DNA of 64,000 nt, from positions 18,912,001 through 18,976,000 of the forward strand of contig CM052816.1 in NCBI GenBank assembly GCA_028534125.1, read 5' to 3'. This document shows, piece by piece, positions 11,951 through 24,978 of this stretch. Source of the DNA: Lama glama (lineage: Eukaryota). The notes under the pieces are model-generated. The model was not told the origin of the DNA and did not search any database. It saw only the letters and a list, made by a program, of their open reading frames with translations. Position 1 is the first letter of the stretch; each line of letters starts with the position of its first letter. A program made the position numbers and the translations under genes.

Positions 11951-14900
11951 GTGAGTTCTCGCGCTTGGCTGTGGGCATTTGCGCGCTACTTTTAACCCGG
12001 GGCTGGGGCACAGCTTGGGGCTGGGTCGGGCTAACAAACCTTTCTCTCAGCCTTTTCAGAGCCTTTATAAATGCCCAGCGAATCCTTAGGACGCTGGCAC
12101 GGCAGTCTGGACGAGAGTTTGAAAAAAGGGTCATGGTACTGTGCTCCGGAAACAGCCTCTCCCCAAGGAGTTGGCCCTTGCTAGGATTTCGAATGGGTAG
12201 CGTAGGTGTTGCACTGCTCGCCTTTCTAGGGTGATCAAGCATTAAATGGCTCCCATGTGCCAACTTAGAACACCCGGATTGAAATGACTCAAAATATGCC
12301 CAGAACTATTAAACTTGCACCCAAACTGTGAAGCGTGCTGCCTTCCTGTTACTGGAGAGAGGATTAAAGCAAACATTGTCTGAACTCCTCAGAACCTCCT
12401 TTCAGAAACTTTTTCTGATCAGGCGACCACAGCCGGCCAGTTTTTGGCTTCTAGAGATTCCATTTTCAGAATGATCCTTACTCTCCCGACACTAGCTGGA
12501 CTCCTGTGGGTCCCCGTCCTAGGGAAAGGGCTCTGCTGGGGTTAACGTGCCATGAGGCTGGAGCCCTGCTTGGTGGGGATACAGGGAATATTTTAAAAAC
12601 TGGGGCAGAGCGAGAGAACACTGAGTTTCCTTGCTCCTCTGCCTTCCCAATTAACCACTTGAGGCCAGCACCACTGTTCCCCATCAATACCCTCTTGGCC
12701 AGGAACGGAGCCCTTGGCAAAGTAGCTACCAAATATCTGCCACTGACCATTGGCCCCCTCTTCCCCTCCCCCAGAAACAGGACACACTTTATTCTCAGTC
12801 TGGGCAAGTGCCTCCCATTCACTGGCCCTGCTGGCCCCAAGGCCTCCACACAGTGTCTGCCGAGGCAGCTCCCACCCCTCACCACCGCCTGGGGGCTGCA
12901 CAGTCGGGCTGAAGTTAGGGGAACTCAGAAAGCCACTGGGCCTGAGCTGAACCCCTCTGCCTTCCTTCCTGGACACCTAAATTAACTTCCTGTCCCTGCC
13001 CCTCTGCCCTGCCCCTTGCCTTGCAGACCCAGGTTCAGAAAAACTGCCAATAAATCCTTTTGGGTGGCGGCCACAGGTCACACAGCTGAGGGAGGAGCTG
13101 CAAGCCCCTCAGGGTTCTCAGTTCACGGACTGAAAATGACAGGGACGCTGCAAGTTAACTTTGCACTCAGTGCTGAAAAATGCCCCACATGCTAGGCTGA
13201 GCTGCTGGGTCCTTGCAGGGAGGAGGAGAGGGGTATGGAATGCAGTGACATCTCAAAAGGACAGAACCCCCAGTAAACAGGGGGTTCCTCTCTTCTGTGG
13301 CTATACTTTTCAGAGTAGAGAGGAAACTGACAGCCAGACAAGTGCAAGAGAAAGCTTTATGTTGCCTTGTGAAAACTTGCAGGGGTCTCGTGAGATCCAT
13401 ACACAGTCACCCTCTCCTAAACCTCCAGCCTACACCCAGGAACTCACCCCCAACCCTGAGGGGCTGGAGATTTTCTCCCCTCTCAAGCTCCTAAGACTCT
13501 CCAGATCACACGAGGGACCAGCGCTTTTTGCCAGAGCCCATTTTCAGCACCAAAGCTGAACTAAAGGAAATTTTCCAGCTCACCCTGAGTCACCCAGAAA
13601 TCTCTGATGAGGCTGGGGGTGCAGCCTGCTTTGTAAGTGGGAGTCCTTGTACCCAGAAGGGTCCAGGAGTGTCCAGATTCTAGAACGGGCAATTTGTATC
13701 ATATACCCACCAAGCATTTAATGGAAACCCTTGGCACCCCAGAACCACTGGGGACAGGGACAAAGGACCCAGAATTTCTCCGTAATTGCTGGGGGCAGAA
13801 ACCCTGTCTTCACCCCACAACCAAGTTTCAAAGTCCCCAGATTATGACAGAGCATTTGAGCACAGTGGTAAGGAAGGTTGAGCATGCTCTCCTTCTGCCC
13901 TGCCCTTCAGGATTTGGGAGCCTCAGCCTGCACACTGACCCAAGTGAGGAAGAGATTTTTTTTATCAGGCTTGGCCACATCTTTTCATTCCAAGTGCAAA
14001 AGCAGCCTTGTAGGCAGAGAGCAATGCATGGGCTAAATTCCTGCAGAGTGACTAGGTACTACTGGGGAGGGGAACTGGACTCTGCTCTGAAGCCTGGCCC
14101 CATACTTGAGACCTAGAAGGAGGTACCAAGGGAGTGGTAAGGACAGGTCTCATAGAGAGGACCAGCAAAGGCAGAGCCTGGTCCTCTTAGCACAAGGCTC
14201 ATCCCTGCCCTGGGAAGCTTAGGCCATGGTGAGGGCCATAGAAACAAAGAACACCAGGAAGGGAAGAAGAGAACAGGTTGCCCAGAAATTTTCAGCCCCT
14301 ATACAGGTGGCAAGATTCAATTTTCTCTCCCTGTCAATTGGGAGACTAAGAATTCATGGCGACCCTGCTCCATTCCAGAACTTGGCCTGTACCCTGACAT
14401 CTTAATGTTAGGAACCTGTGGGCTACTAGCTGACCTCTCTCCCTCCCTTCCCATTTTTTCCACCCCAACCTCCAACTGCCTCTCTTTGCCCCCTCAGCCC
14501 ACTCGCCAGCACCCAGTCCACCACCATACCTTGCTCTTGCTGTGTGACCTCCTAGGGAGGGACATCCTCACCTCTCACCTTACACTTTGCCATGTTCTCT
14601 AGGTGGGCCCTTATTCTTGAACACCACCCTTCCTCCCCCACCCAGAAGCTTCCTCTTAACTCCTGCCACCCTGGCCCAGCCCTGGCTAAGATAGACATAG
14701 CAGTTCTGGGCAGCAGTCTCGCCTCCCCTCCCCCTGTCCCAGGCTGAACCTCACATACTAAGGCTTCTCCTTCTCCTTGGCCATCCCATCTTCCAGGACA
14801 ATTACTAATAACAGTAACCATTCATTGTGCTAGGCAGTTTGCATAGATTCCAAATTTAATCATCCCAATAACCTTAAGAGGTAGGTCCTATTATTATACC

Positions 14901-15661
14901 CATTTTATGGATGAGCAAACTGGGTTCAGAAAGGTTACCAAAGGGATTCAGACCCAGGCCCTACACTCTGTCCAGTGCCACCTGCTTCTCCACCACGTGG
15001 CTAGGCCTCCACTGGGAGTTGGAACACTGGCTGATAGAGGCCTGAGGGTGGTCTTATTTTCCTGCCCAGGGTGAAATAACTGGGACTTCGTGCTCAGGAA
15101 TCAAAATGGGCTTCAAGGCCAACAAGATTAGCTTCAGAGTCAGCAAATGCCCAGCCTCAGAACAATCTGCAGAGGATCAGGGAAACTGGGGTTTGAAGGA
15201 TCAGACAGACACCATAGCATGTCCAGACTCTGCTGTGGAGCTCCTCATATCCAAGAAATGAAGTCTTGCTATGCATACTTTGCCTGCATTAGCTCTCTCC
15301 ACCTCTCAATCCCAGGTTCAGAGGAGCTGGAAGTGTCCCCTGACCTTTGTTCCCCAAGGGAGGCATGAGTGCTGTGGACAGCACCCTGCATGGGGGTGGG
15401 GTAGGGGGTTCTGCCCCAGACTCTGGGGGTTCCAGGGGAAACGTGAGAGCCAATCACTCTGTACTGGATTAGACCCAACCATGGAGTCAGATTAAGGGGA
15501 CAACCTTCCAAAGAGCCAGGGAGTGAGCAGATAGGTAGGGTCCCTTGGAAGCCACAGTCTCTCAGGGTCCTAATTGGGACAGACCAGGCCAACCCACAGG
15601 CCACACTGAGGGGCTGTCATTCAGGCTTCTCAATCCTCCACCCCCTTCCCCTCCATTTCAG

Positions 15662-15775
15662 CATCACCACCAAGAGCATGTCCAGGTACCGGGGTCAGGA
15701 GCACTGCCTGCACCCCAAGCTGCAGAGCACCAAGCGGTTCATCAAGTGGTACAACGCCTGGAATGAGAAGCGCAG
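15662..15775 (+). CDS. CXCL14: CXCL14 coding exon 3 ([37 protein letters not shown])
   Basis: Pyrimidine tract and TTTCAG acceptor end at 15661; fourth Cys; donor AG|GTATG at 15776; 114 nt, frame continuous with exon 2. Confidence 0.98.
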
Positions 15776-18366
15776 GTATGCCCCGCTGCCTCACCCTCCT
15801 TCCCACGGTCCGACCAGATCAGACCCTAGACCTCTTCCAGGTCATCTAGCCCCTCTAATGCGTGAACACCCACCACAGTAGCCACAGCAAGCAGATACCC
15901 AGACACTGCTTACATACCCTCAGGGGCAAGGAACTCACCACTTGCCAAGGCAAGCTAATACTCTCTTGGATAGCCATAAGCACTGAAAATGTATCCTTCT
16001 GTAAACTAAAGTTTGTCTCATTCTAACTTTTATGTTAGAGTCTTGATTCCTCTTCTTATTTAAATAACTTAAGTTCTCTGACCCCCAATTTCCCTCTGTC
16101 AAATGGCTGGGCGAGCACCTGGCATGACTCTCTCGGTGATTTGTGTGGTTTGATGAAACACAACTGCTTAAGTGATGGGCTTATTAACTATAAAGCTGTG
16201 GTTACAACCACAAGATGAGGAGGCTAACTCTTTGCCAACAACGTAGTCTCCTCTCAAGATGCCCCATGCCCCCTGCTGCCCAGAAATCTGATAAACTCCT
16301 TCCCCTTCAGGTGCAGGGAGGGCCTTGAGTTTAACCCTTTAAAATCAAAGCCACTCTTAACTTCATTCAGGTGGCAGCAGCAGCCAAATGATCAGAGCCC
16401 TGAACCAAACCCCTGCACCAGATCCCTGCCCTCTCTGGGCTATTTCCCCATGATCAGAAAATAGCTTCCCAGCTGTGATCTCCTGGGGTCCCGTTTCTGG
16501 CCTCAGAGAGGGAGGCAAGTTCCTGGCTTCCCTATACTACATAAACGTGAGTGTGTCCTGGAGTAGACCCAGTCCTCACATATTCAGAGACTGTTTACAC
16601 CTGTATCTGCACAACCAGGGAAACAGGTACACGTGTACACACACACACACGCACAGAGAGCTGAGTTCCACAGGAGCTGGTGCCTACATCTCATACCACA
16701 CAGCAGGAAAACCAAGGCTAAGTGGGGATGGAGAGTGACTTGCTTGGGAGCACAAGGCAGAAGCTAGGTCTCCTGGAGTCACCTTTTCCTCACTACAGCA
16801 GTTCGCAGACCACCCCTCTGATCTCCTCTCCCCGCTACCCTCAGCAGGCCCTTCTCCGCTAAGCTCAGCCCACGACCAGCTCTCCCACAGCGGACACTTG
16901 GGCCCAACCCCAGTACCTGAGCCTTCTGTGCTGCCGCCAAAACTGCCTCATCTGCAATTGCTTGAAATAGAAACTGATGAGAGCAAGAGATTATTTTCTA
17001 TGAATCTGATGGGAATGAAGCCCTCTTTCTGGTCAGGGCAGGCAGCTCACATGACAAAAGCAGGGCATGTCCTGTCCAGTCCTGTCCAGTCACCCTCCAG
17101 GCCCTGCGTCATCAAAAGTGGAACGAGGCTAACTACAGGGCCAGTTCACAGAGGCGCTGGCACATCTTCATAAGGTTGCTTTGCTGGGAGTCACTCAGGC
17201 TTCTGTGCACTTGGCCCTCTTCCCCTCCACCTGGGCCACTCCTTTGATGAAGAGGAGGCAGGCCGGGGCCCATGTAGCCCTGCTCTTTTTGCTCCTGCGA
17301 ATTCCACTGATGAGAGCAGGAAGGGCACCTCTGTTATCAGGCCTCATTTCATTACAAAATGAGTTCATCCCTTGTTTTTAGAACACAGGGCATCCTGGAA
17401 GAGGATGGGGCATTCCCTGTCCTCCCTGCTGCCCCTCCCTCTGTAGAGAAGGAAAGTGTCTCTGTGGAGATTTGAGATAAAGGAATCATCCCGAAGTCCT
17501 CTTTGCAGTGAGAGAAAGAGAAAATGCTGAACCTCGGACAGAGGAAGGAGGAGGCAGTGGCTGCCCTGGACCAGAGCTCCCAGCAACTCAGAGCCCAGAG
17601 CTTCTGGCTGGCACCAGGAGCAGCCCTAGCAGGCATCTGACTTCAGTGCACAATTACTCAGGAATCAGGAATGAGGCAGACGGAGCCATGGGCTGTCTGC
17701 ATGTGAACTGTGGCCCCATGGCAGCCATGGGGCAGAAGAGAAGGGATTCCAGCCCCTAAACAGAGATGGTTTGGGAGGTGAGGGGGAAGGTCAGTTTGGG
17801 AGTGCCACGGGCCTGATAACTATCAGCCAGAGGAAGTGACCTGGAGCCACAGGCGTCTGTGACAGCCCCAGCCCCACTAACCACCCTTCCGGCAGTGGCT
17901 TCTGGAACTGGCATTTTTTTCTGGAGGACGTGTATCTTTGGCCAAAATACAAAGAAAGACACAAGCCCAAATGGAGAATGAGGACGCCCCTGTCTCTGCC
18001 CCCGCCCCTCCCTGCCCATGCTGGAGAGAGGCTTCGTTCCCACCACAGATGTTGAGTGTTCGCTGGGAAGACCTTAAGTCTCTTGGGCCTCAGTTTTCTC
18101 ATATACCAAGAGGGTTTGCTTCCTAGGGCTTTGAGGATAAAACAAGACTGCAGAGTTGGAGGCTGTTTAGAAAGGACAAAGCCAGGTTTGGGTGAGCTTT
18201 TGTGCCCACGTGAGGGCCTCCTGTGAGATGTGCCCCTGCTTCTCCCGGGCTCCTACAGCCCTGGGAGAGGCACTCCCCAAGTCCAGAGCAAAGCAGCTCA
18301 GACACTGGCCTGTCCATTGACTGACTCACATCCTGAGCCACTAACACGGGTGTTTTTTCTTCCCAG

Positions 18367-18382
18367 GGTCTACGAAGAATAG
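18367..18382 (+). CDS. CXCL14: CXCL14 coding exon 4 (R-VYEE-stop)
   Basis: Branch-like CTAAC at 18341, acceptor TTTTTTCTTCCCAG ends 18366, then G GTC TAC GAA GAA TAG. The four exons total 64+106+114+16 = 300 nt = 99 aa + stop. Confidence 0.97.
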
Positions 18383-19560
18383 GGTGAAAAATCCCTGATG
18401 GGAAAATGTCACACCAGTTGGGAGACAAGCAAAGGACTTTGCAGATTAAAAAAACAAATCCTTTCTTTCTCACAGGCATAAGACACGAATTAAATATTGT
18501 TACAAAGCACTTTTCACCGAGGGTCAGTTTTTACATTTTATAGCTGTGTGCAAAAGGCTTCCAGATGTGAGACCCTTTTCTCTTGCGCTCCAGATTCCAT
18601 CTCAAGCTGCTTTTTACCGAAAAGGGGGGAAACTCATGCCTTTCCTTTGTTAAAAAAGAAAAAGAAAGAAAGAAAGAGAGAGAAAAGAAAGAAATGCTTT
18701 TTTGTATTTGTCCAGACATCACTGTACATCTGAACTTTATAAGCGCCTGGGAGGAACAGGGCGCTTAGTTGAGACATTTCATAGCAGCGTTGCTCCCTTC
18801 GTAGCACAGGAAGCTTCCGCTCAGAGGTCCTGGCGCCTCGGTACAGCTGCCACAAGCTCTCTGGGGCTCATGGTCAGTCACAGCCGCGGGGGTGGGGTAC
18901 TCAGCAGTGGCCCCAGTCGCCGGGTAAGCAGGGCAGATCTTGCTGCCTCTGTTCTTTGAGCTCGAGTTTGGCTGCCAGAGAAATGTGCTTCATCCCCTCT
19001 GGTTAATTTTTACACACTCTAGGAAATGTTTCCAAGATTCTGGGATGGCGAAGCAGACGGTCCTTAAGGAAGGGGTTGGGTCCTCTCTCCAACCTGAGAG
19101 TTTGTGAAAGATTCACTGCTTCAATATTTAATGCTTTGAAAGCACGTGAAGTTCCCACACTGTTAGCGAAAACCTTGGGAGAAAAATAAATACACAAATC
19201 CATGCACAATATACAGCTACAGACACACATGCTGTCGATGAGGGAGAAGCGTCACAGCCTGTTTCTTTCTCTCATGACAACGGAACATGCAGTGCTAAAG
19301 CAATCTATTTTTGACTCCCCGTGTAATTCTTCAGTGTTAACCTGTGCAGTCCTCTTTTGAAAGCTAAGATGACCACACACACTTTCCTTTGTAAATACAC
19401 TCTTAGGAAGGCCCCCTCCACACACGCCCCTTCAGTATATGTCGCCTTGCACTCCTGTGTCATATGCGATGTAAATATCAGAAACCATTAGCATTGCATG
19501 AAGGTTTCATATTCTTTCTGAGACAAAAAGAAAAGTAATAAAATATATTTGAAATGTACC
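18383..19560 (+). other. CXCL14: CXCL14 3' UTR (approximate end)
   Basis: Follows the stop codon; distal AATAAA at 19537-19542 with a T-rich tract downstream (about 19580); other hexamers are ATTAAA at 18489 and AATAAA at 19185. Confidence 0.75.
19537..19542 (+). terminator. Probable major CXCL14 polyadenylation signal AATAAA
   Basis: Canonical hexamer about 1.15 kb after the stop, followed by a U-rich downstream element. Confidence 0.7.
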
Positions 19561-21766
19561 GAAGTTCTAGACTACTGACTTTTTTTTCTATTTAATTGAG
19601 CCAGAGTGACAATCAAATGTTTACCACATCCTGAATCAACCAGGACAAATGTATTGATGGGGGAGCTGTTGAGATCCCCAGGATTCCAGTGGGGCTCGGG
19701 CAGGGGCAGGAAGTGCCCACCGAGAGGCTGTAGGGCTCTGGAGCCAGGCTGGCCGGGAGCCGCAGCCAGGGCAAAGGTGAGGCTCAGTTTCTGCCCCTGC
19801 AAGATGGACATGAGAGTGCACACCTCATGGCACTTCCGGGGACTGAAGGAAGCAATCCGCATAGAGTGCTCAGGATACTAGGGCCCAGTGAGCACTTGGT
19901 AAATGTGAGCTCCTTTAATAGCCACAAGACAGGCCACTTTGCACTCTCCACAAAACGCCCATAGCCCCGCATCTCACTGGATCCCAGTCAGCCAGCCCGA
20001 AACAGGCTCCTCTGTGCCTGCCCAGGTCTCCCACACTCCACAGGGCTGCCGGAGGGGACACACCTCCACCCTATCTGCACTTCTTGTCTGCTACACCAGG
20101 AACCAGGAGCCAGGCATCCCTGTCCCTTCACCTCTGAGGATGGTATCCTGGCTCTGCCAACACTTATGGGGACACGTGGTAAGCTCCCTGCCCTCACACA
20201 TCCTCCACAGAGAGCTATTACAGCCTTTCCATCACAACCACAGCCTCATCCCTGGCAGTGCCCAGTTCCACCAAATGTGTTCCTGAGGAAACTGAGGACC
20301 AGAGGGGTTAGGAAAGTTGCCCAAGGTCACTCCTCACATGGCTCCAATGGCCAAGCCTGGCAGCCTTTTTGCTGAGAGGAGCAGGACAGGGTGGGCCAAG
20401 ACCATGCTGAGCCAGGGCAACTGTGAATGCCCTGTGTGAGGCCACTTTCCCTTCATCATGGAGAGAGAAGGGAGACTGGAGAGGGAGGCTCCGACACCCA
20501 CAGACAGAGGAGGAGAGTCCCAGTGGCAGGGGAGAGCAGAGGCCAGGCCCCCCTCTCCCAGAGCCCTGACCCCAGCTTGGCCCCAGATCAGCACACCACT
20601 GGGGCCTCACCAGGGCGGGGCTGCTATAAAGAACCTAGCTAAAGGAGTCTTTTCACCCTCACCCTTAAGTCCCCAGCCTCCCCACGCCCAGCCCGGCCAA
20701 TGCAAAGGCCGCCCCATCTCCTGGTTGGACAGCATGGGGCATGGGATTCATTGTGCCACTCCCTCCACTTACTCTAAAAATGCCACACCCACCTCCCTAC
20801 CCCGGCTGGGGGCTCTCCTCTATCCTGCCCATGGTTCTAGGACCAGGACTACCTCCTCCAGCCCTTGCTGGCCCATGGTCACTTATCTGACCTCCCAAAT
20901 CACAGATCAGATTCCTAGTACAGTAACAACATCCCCTTACAGTGTGTCAGGCACTGACCCGGGCACTCGCCCTGTTGCTCCTCCTCCCCCTCCCAATAAT
21001 GCTGAGTTGTAGGTGCCCAGACAAGGTACGCAATGTGCAGGGGAGGCACAGACAGTAAGGAGGAGAGCCGGCCTTCAGGCCCAGGTGTGTTGGAGAGCAG
21101 AAGGAGTGGTGGTTTTGTGTCTAAGTGTCTCATCCCCTACAGAGATCGTGTGCCCCTGGGTGACCTGGACCCTGTCCTCCAAAAGGTAGGTATTAGCTGG
21201 ACCACTAAGAATGGTTCTCAGCCCCAACACTTCACAAACACCAAACAAAAGCCATGTGTGCCAGGAACGATGCGTGGGTCCAGGGAAGGTGCCCTTTCTC
21301 CTGCTTACAGAGCTGTTTCCTGTTGTTTTCCTCCACTGGGCTTCCCAGCAGCCCTCTGAGATGTCCACCCACCACATTCCAGAAAGGAGAGTAACTCGAG
21401 TGCAGCAAAGCAAGGCCAGGCCGACTTTCTATGGGGCTCTCCTGGGCCTCCCTGGGGAGGGGTGAGTCTGCTCCTCTGCCCACAGGCAGACCAGGCTCCA
21501 CATGGCCCTACCTTCAGAGCCAACACTTTCTCTCAGACAGGCATGCTTTGGGATCCAAATGCCAGGTCCCTGACCCCCACCCTTTCCATAAGCATGTCTT
21601 GAGCAGGTATGCAGTAGTGCCCCAGAATGACACCAGGACAGCTCCATCTTCGGAGAGCTTCAGCCCAGCTCTGCTGCTCACCTTCTCCACCCGGCCAAAC
21701 CCTTCACCTTGGAGCTTTTCCTGGTCACCTCAGACCCAGGGCCAGGACCACCTACATAATGGGGGT

Positions 21767-21925
21767 CAGGACCAGCTACATAACTTCAAGGCCTGGTGCA
21801 AAATAAAGATGAAAGGCCCTCTGTTCAAATTTTAAGAATTTCAAGATGACAATAGCAGAGCATGAAGCCCCAGTACAGTACAGGGCTCTGTGCAAGTCAC
21901 ATGTCACAAGCCCATGGACCTACAC
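21767..21925. mobile_element. MER45A-like hAT-Tip100 MITE
   Basis: CAGGACCAGCTACATAA...GGTGCAAAATAAAGATG...TTTTAAGAATTTCAAGATGACAATAGCAGAGCAT. Confidence 0.6.
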
Positions 21926-22968
21926 CTCAGATAACAGCTCTAACACCCAACTGGACAGCTCACCCAGACCCTGACTTATTACATGTCTTGTACTACAATT
22001 TAACACCTTTGTATTAACTAGAACACGTGAGATGTGTTCTTAGAAGCCAAGGACTATGTCTTACCCTTCTTTCGAAAAACCTCTGGAACCTATGATAGCG
22101 CTTAGGATACACTCTAACACCATGAACTTATCTTGGTCTTAGGGAGCTCTCTAAGAAGGTGCTTCCTGCACTCATCCACTGAGCCAGCACGGCATGCAGA
22201 GCGCTGTGCTGAGCACCGTGGGGAACAAGGGCTTGTTGAGGTACCGTCTGTCATCCTCAAGGGCAGAGTTCATCACTCATGACCCAGCTACTACTCCGTC
22301 ATAAAGCATTTCCTGTGTCACACACTGCTGGATGCCGGGGACGGCCCCTCCAGAAATTCCCAGTCCACGAGGGAGATGAAGATGCTGCCTGAAGCTGCCT
22401 GTTGGTCTAAGCACTAAGCCAGAGGGCCACACAGCAGACTCTGGGGGCACCCCAAAGAGGTGTCTCACCCCATCTTAGAGGAGGCAACCCCCTATCAATA
22501 TCAGTCAGTCTGGAGAGGGCTCGTGGCAAACTGTAAGTTGTTCTTCATCAATGACAGGAAGTCCTGACTCCATCCTGTCCCTGACATGGCCCGTGGCTCC
22601 TGTGTCGGTGTGCAATGAGACAGGCCAGCAAAGACAGACAGCGCCAGGCCGGAAGTGGAGGATGTGAGGGAATCCAGAGGGGCCTCAGGAATACCAGCCG
22701 TGCCCCAGCTGAATGTCCAGGGAAACCAGGCACAGCTCCAACCTCTGCTCCCAGTCCATCCATCAACCTTCCTCTCCCTCTGCTTGGCCTCCTGACTGGA
22801 CCGCAGGGAACCGTGGCTGGGGCTTCCCCCACCTCACAGGCAAGGAAGCCCACTACAGCATTTCTGTTCACCCTCCCACGTGAGGAAGACACTTTACTGC
22901 TTTTAAAGCCCGTAGGGTTCTTCCCTGTCCTCCCTTTTTTGAAAAGTTAAATAGATATTCTTGGAGAA

Positions 22969-23447
22969 TGTGAACAAAAAATACTGCAAACCATATCAGT
23001 AAACAAAGAATGCTGAAACCATCAAGTCATCAGCGGCTGCCGCCAACCTCCAGTGAAGACAAGCCTGCAGCCCAGCCTCTGCAGCCACTCACAATGGTGC
23101 ACTCTGAGGGGACTTAGAATAATGAGGGACAAAATACTGGTCCTAGATAGCTAGATGCTTGTCAAAGGAATGAATTCAATGAGCCCAAATGGTTGCTCCC
23201 TCCCACAAATGAGAAAGCACTAAATTCTTTAACTTGAGATGCCTGGTTTTCTTCAGATAACAAGTAATCTTTTATTGTTCCAACTACCTGGTCTTTGTTG
23301 TAAAGCTCCTATATATCCTAGCTCCTCCCCTACCTCTTCAGAGCAGTCCCTCAGAGCGATCTGAGAGGCTGTCATCCTGGCTTGCGTCCTCCTGCCAAAT
23401 AAAATGTAACTCTCGACTTTTAGGCTGTGTATTTATTTCAGTCAACA
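22969..23447 (+). mobile_element. ERV1-class solo LTR (MER34/MER39/LTR39-like 3' end)
   Basis: TG...CA termini, exact 4-bp TSD AGAA (22965-22968 and 23448-23451), TATATAT 23310-23316, AATAAA 23398-23403, terminal TTTCAGTCAACA. Confidence 0.8.
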
Positions 23448-23541
23448 AGAACATTAAAGAGGCAATAAAACCTAAAGCAACTTTCCTACTTTTAAGGTAC
23501 TATCTCCCAGCTTCTGCCATGCCAGGCCACTCTGATCCACA

Positions 23542-23555
23542 CCACCAGAGGGCAG
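23542..23555 (+). promoter_or_regulatory. CTCF consensus motif
   Basis: CCACCAGAGGGCAG fits the CCASYAGRKGGCRS core with no mismatch. Confidence 0.65.
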
Positions 23556-23649
23556 CAAAGAGCTGGTGGACTTCAGCTAAGGCTCTCCAATATCCCAGAG
23601 GCTGTGTGAGAAGTGACCATAGGGACTGGAACAGTCCTTGCTCACTGTG

Positions 23650-23870
23650 AGCCAGACCCTGTGCTGAGACCTTACATGCCTCATCCCGCTGAATACTAGG
23701 CACAGTCACAGCAGGGGGTGGTGTGTCATTTAGCTCCACTTTACAGATAAGGAAACTGAGGCTCAGAGAGGTGAATACACTGCCCATATTCACAAAGCTA
23801 GCAGGTAGCAGACACAGGATTTGAACCCTCGTGTCTGGCTCCAGAGCAGGGCTGTTGCTCTCTGAACGAC
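23650..23870 (-). mobile_element. MIR SINE
   Basis: CACTTTACAGATAAGGAAACTGAGGCTCAGAGAGGTGAA...GGATTTGAACCC. Confidence 0.8.
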
Positions 23871-24845
23871 ACATTGTCTTAGAGTGCCCTCACCCAGGCC
23901 TTATTTTTTGAGGCCTCACCTGTTATTTACTGAGTAGAGATTAATCATCCAGTTAACTTGGGCCACACGGCCAAAGAGCATAGCCAGGTTTGTTTTGGGT
24001 GCGCCTCATTTTGTCTTTCAGAAACAAGACTAGCTACCTGTGCTCCTCTAAGGGTTTGACCCACACATCACAACTGTGGAATGGCTGCTCTGCCCCACAT
24101 TGGGTGGGCACAGATTCGCCTGAAGTAGAAGCAGCTAGAGATCTTTCTCACTACCACTAAATAAGCTGAATAAGCAAAATGATTAGGATACCAAATTCAA
24201 CTCAAAGTTTTCGTTAGAAGCAAGTTGAAAACATCAAGATGTTGGTTTAAAAAAATTAATTCAAAGCTGGTTTTTAATTAATCAGCCTGGTTTCACAATA
24301 AGGAGAGCTGATATTCTGGGATGAGAAGCAGGATGTCTAATAAGATGCAGATGAGATGCTCATCTGATATTCAAGTTTGTTCCCCCTGGAGCAAAAGGGA
24401 AGGTGAAGTGACAAGCTCTTTGTTTCAACCTATTGTTTTGTTGAAAGCCGCCCTCACACAGGAATCACTTCTAAATCACAAAGGCTTTTGTCCCCCTGAA
24501 ATAATGGCCTGCAAAGACGACTGGAGTTCAGTATTTGCATTAGTATAGCCAAAAAAATAGTATTATAAGCCAAGAAAGTTAAGAGAGAAAGAACATCCTT
24601 CAGTTCCTTTATAGCTCTTCAGATATCAACCCTGCTGATTCCCCATAATTTAAGGGGCACTTAAGTAAAAACAACCACAACAGCCACAACCAATATTTAT
24701 TGACTGCTTTCTCAACCAGCTCTATGATTAGCCCATTTTACAGCTGAAGAACTTCAGGCTTAGAGAAGCTGAGTAACTCGTCCCAGGTCACAGCAGGGCC
24801 AGCTGGCCCTGGGCAGGGGTAAATCTCTGTTTGGACACACCTAGG

Positions 24846-24978
24846 TAGGGTGACTGCATGTCCTGGCTTCCCAGGACCATCCTGGCCTAGGATGGCTGCC
24901 CCGGGGTAAATCTGAAGAGGGTCCCTTTCACGCTCTTAAAAGAGTCCTAGTGCGGTTGGTAAATTATATGATCACCCC
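24846..24978. mobile_element. MER94-like hAT MITE
   Basis: AGGGTGAC...CCCTTTCACGCTCTTAAAAG...TAAATTATATGATCACCC terminal inverted structure. Confidence 0.6.

Larger units (their letters stand above)
11140..12000. promoter_or_regulatory. CpG island / promoter of CXCL14
   Basis: High CpG density over exons 1-2; AP-1 site TGAGTCA 11329-11335; TATA-like TATTAA 11351-11356; second AT-rich TTTAAAA 11388-11394. An AP-1 plus atypical TATTAA layout is, as I recall, reported for the human CXCL14 promoter. Confidence 0.85.

Noticed and set aside
11328..11954. ORF-track proteins of 145 aa and 62 aa containing CXCL14 pieces
   Set aside because: Unspliced read-throughs of exons 1 and 2 into intron or UTR; the spliced model explains them.
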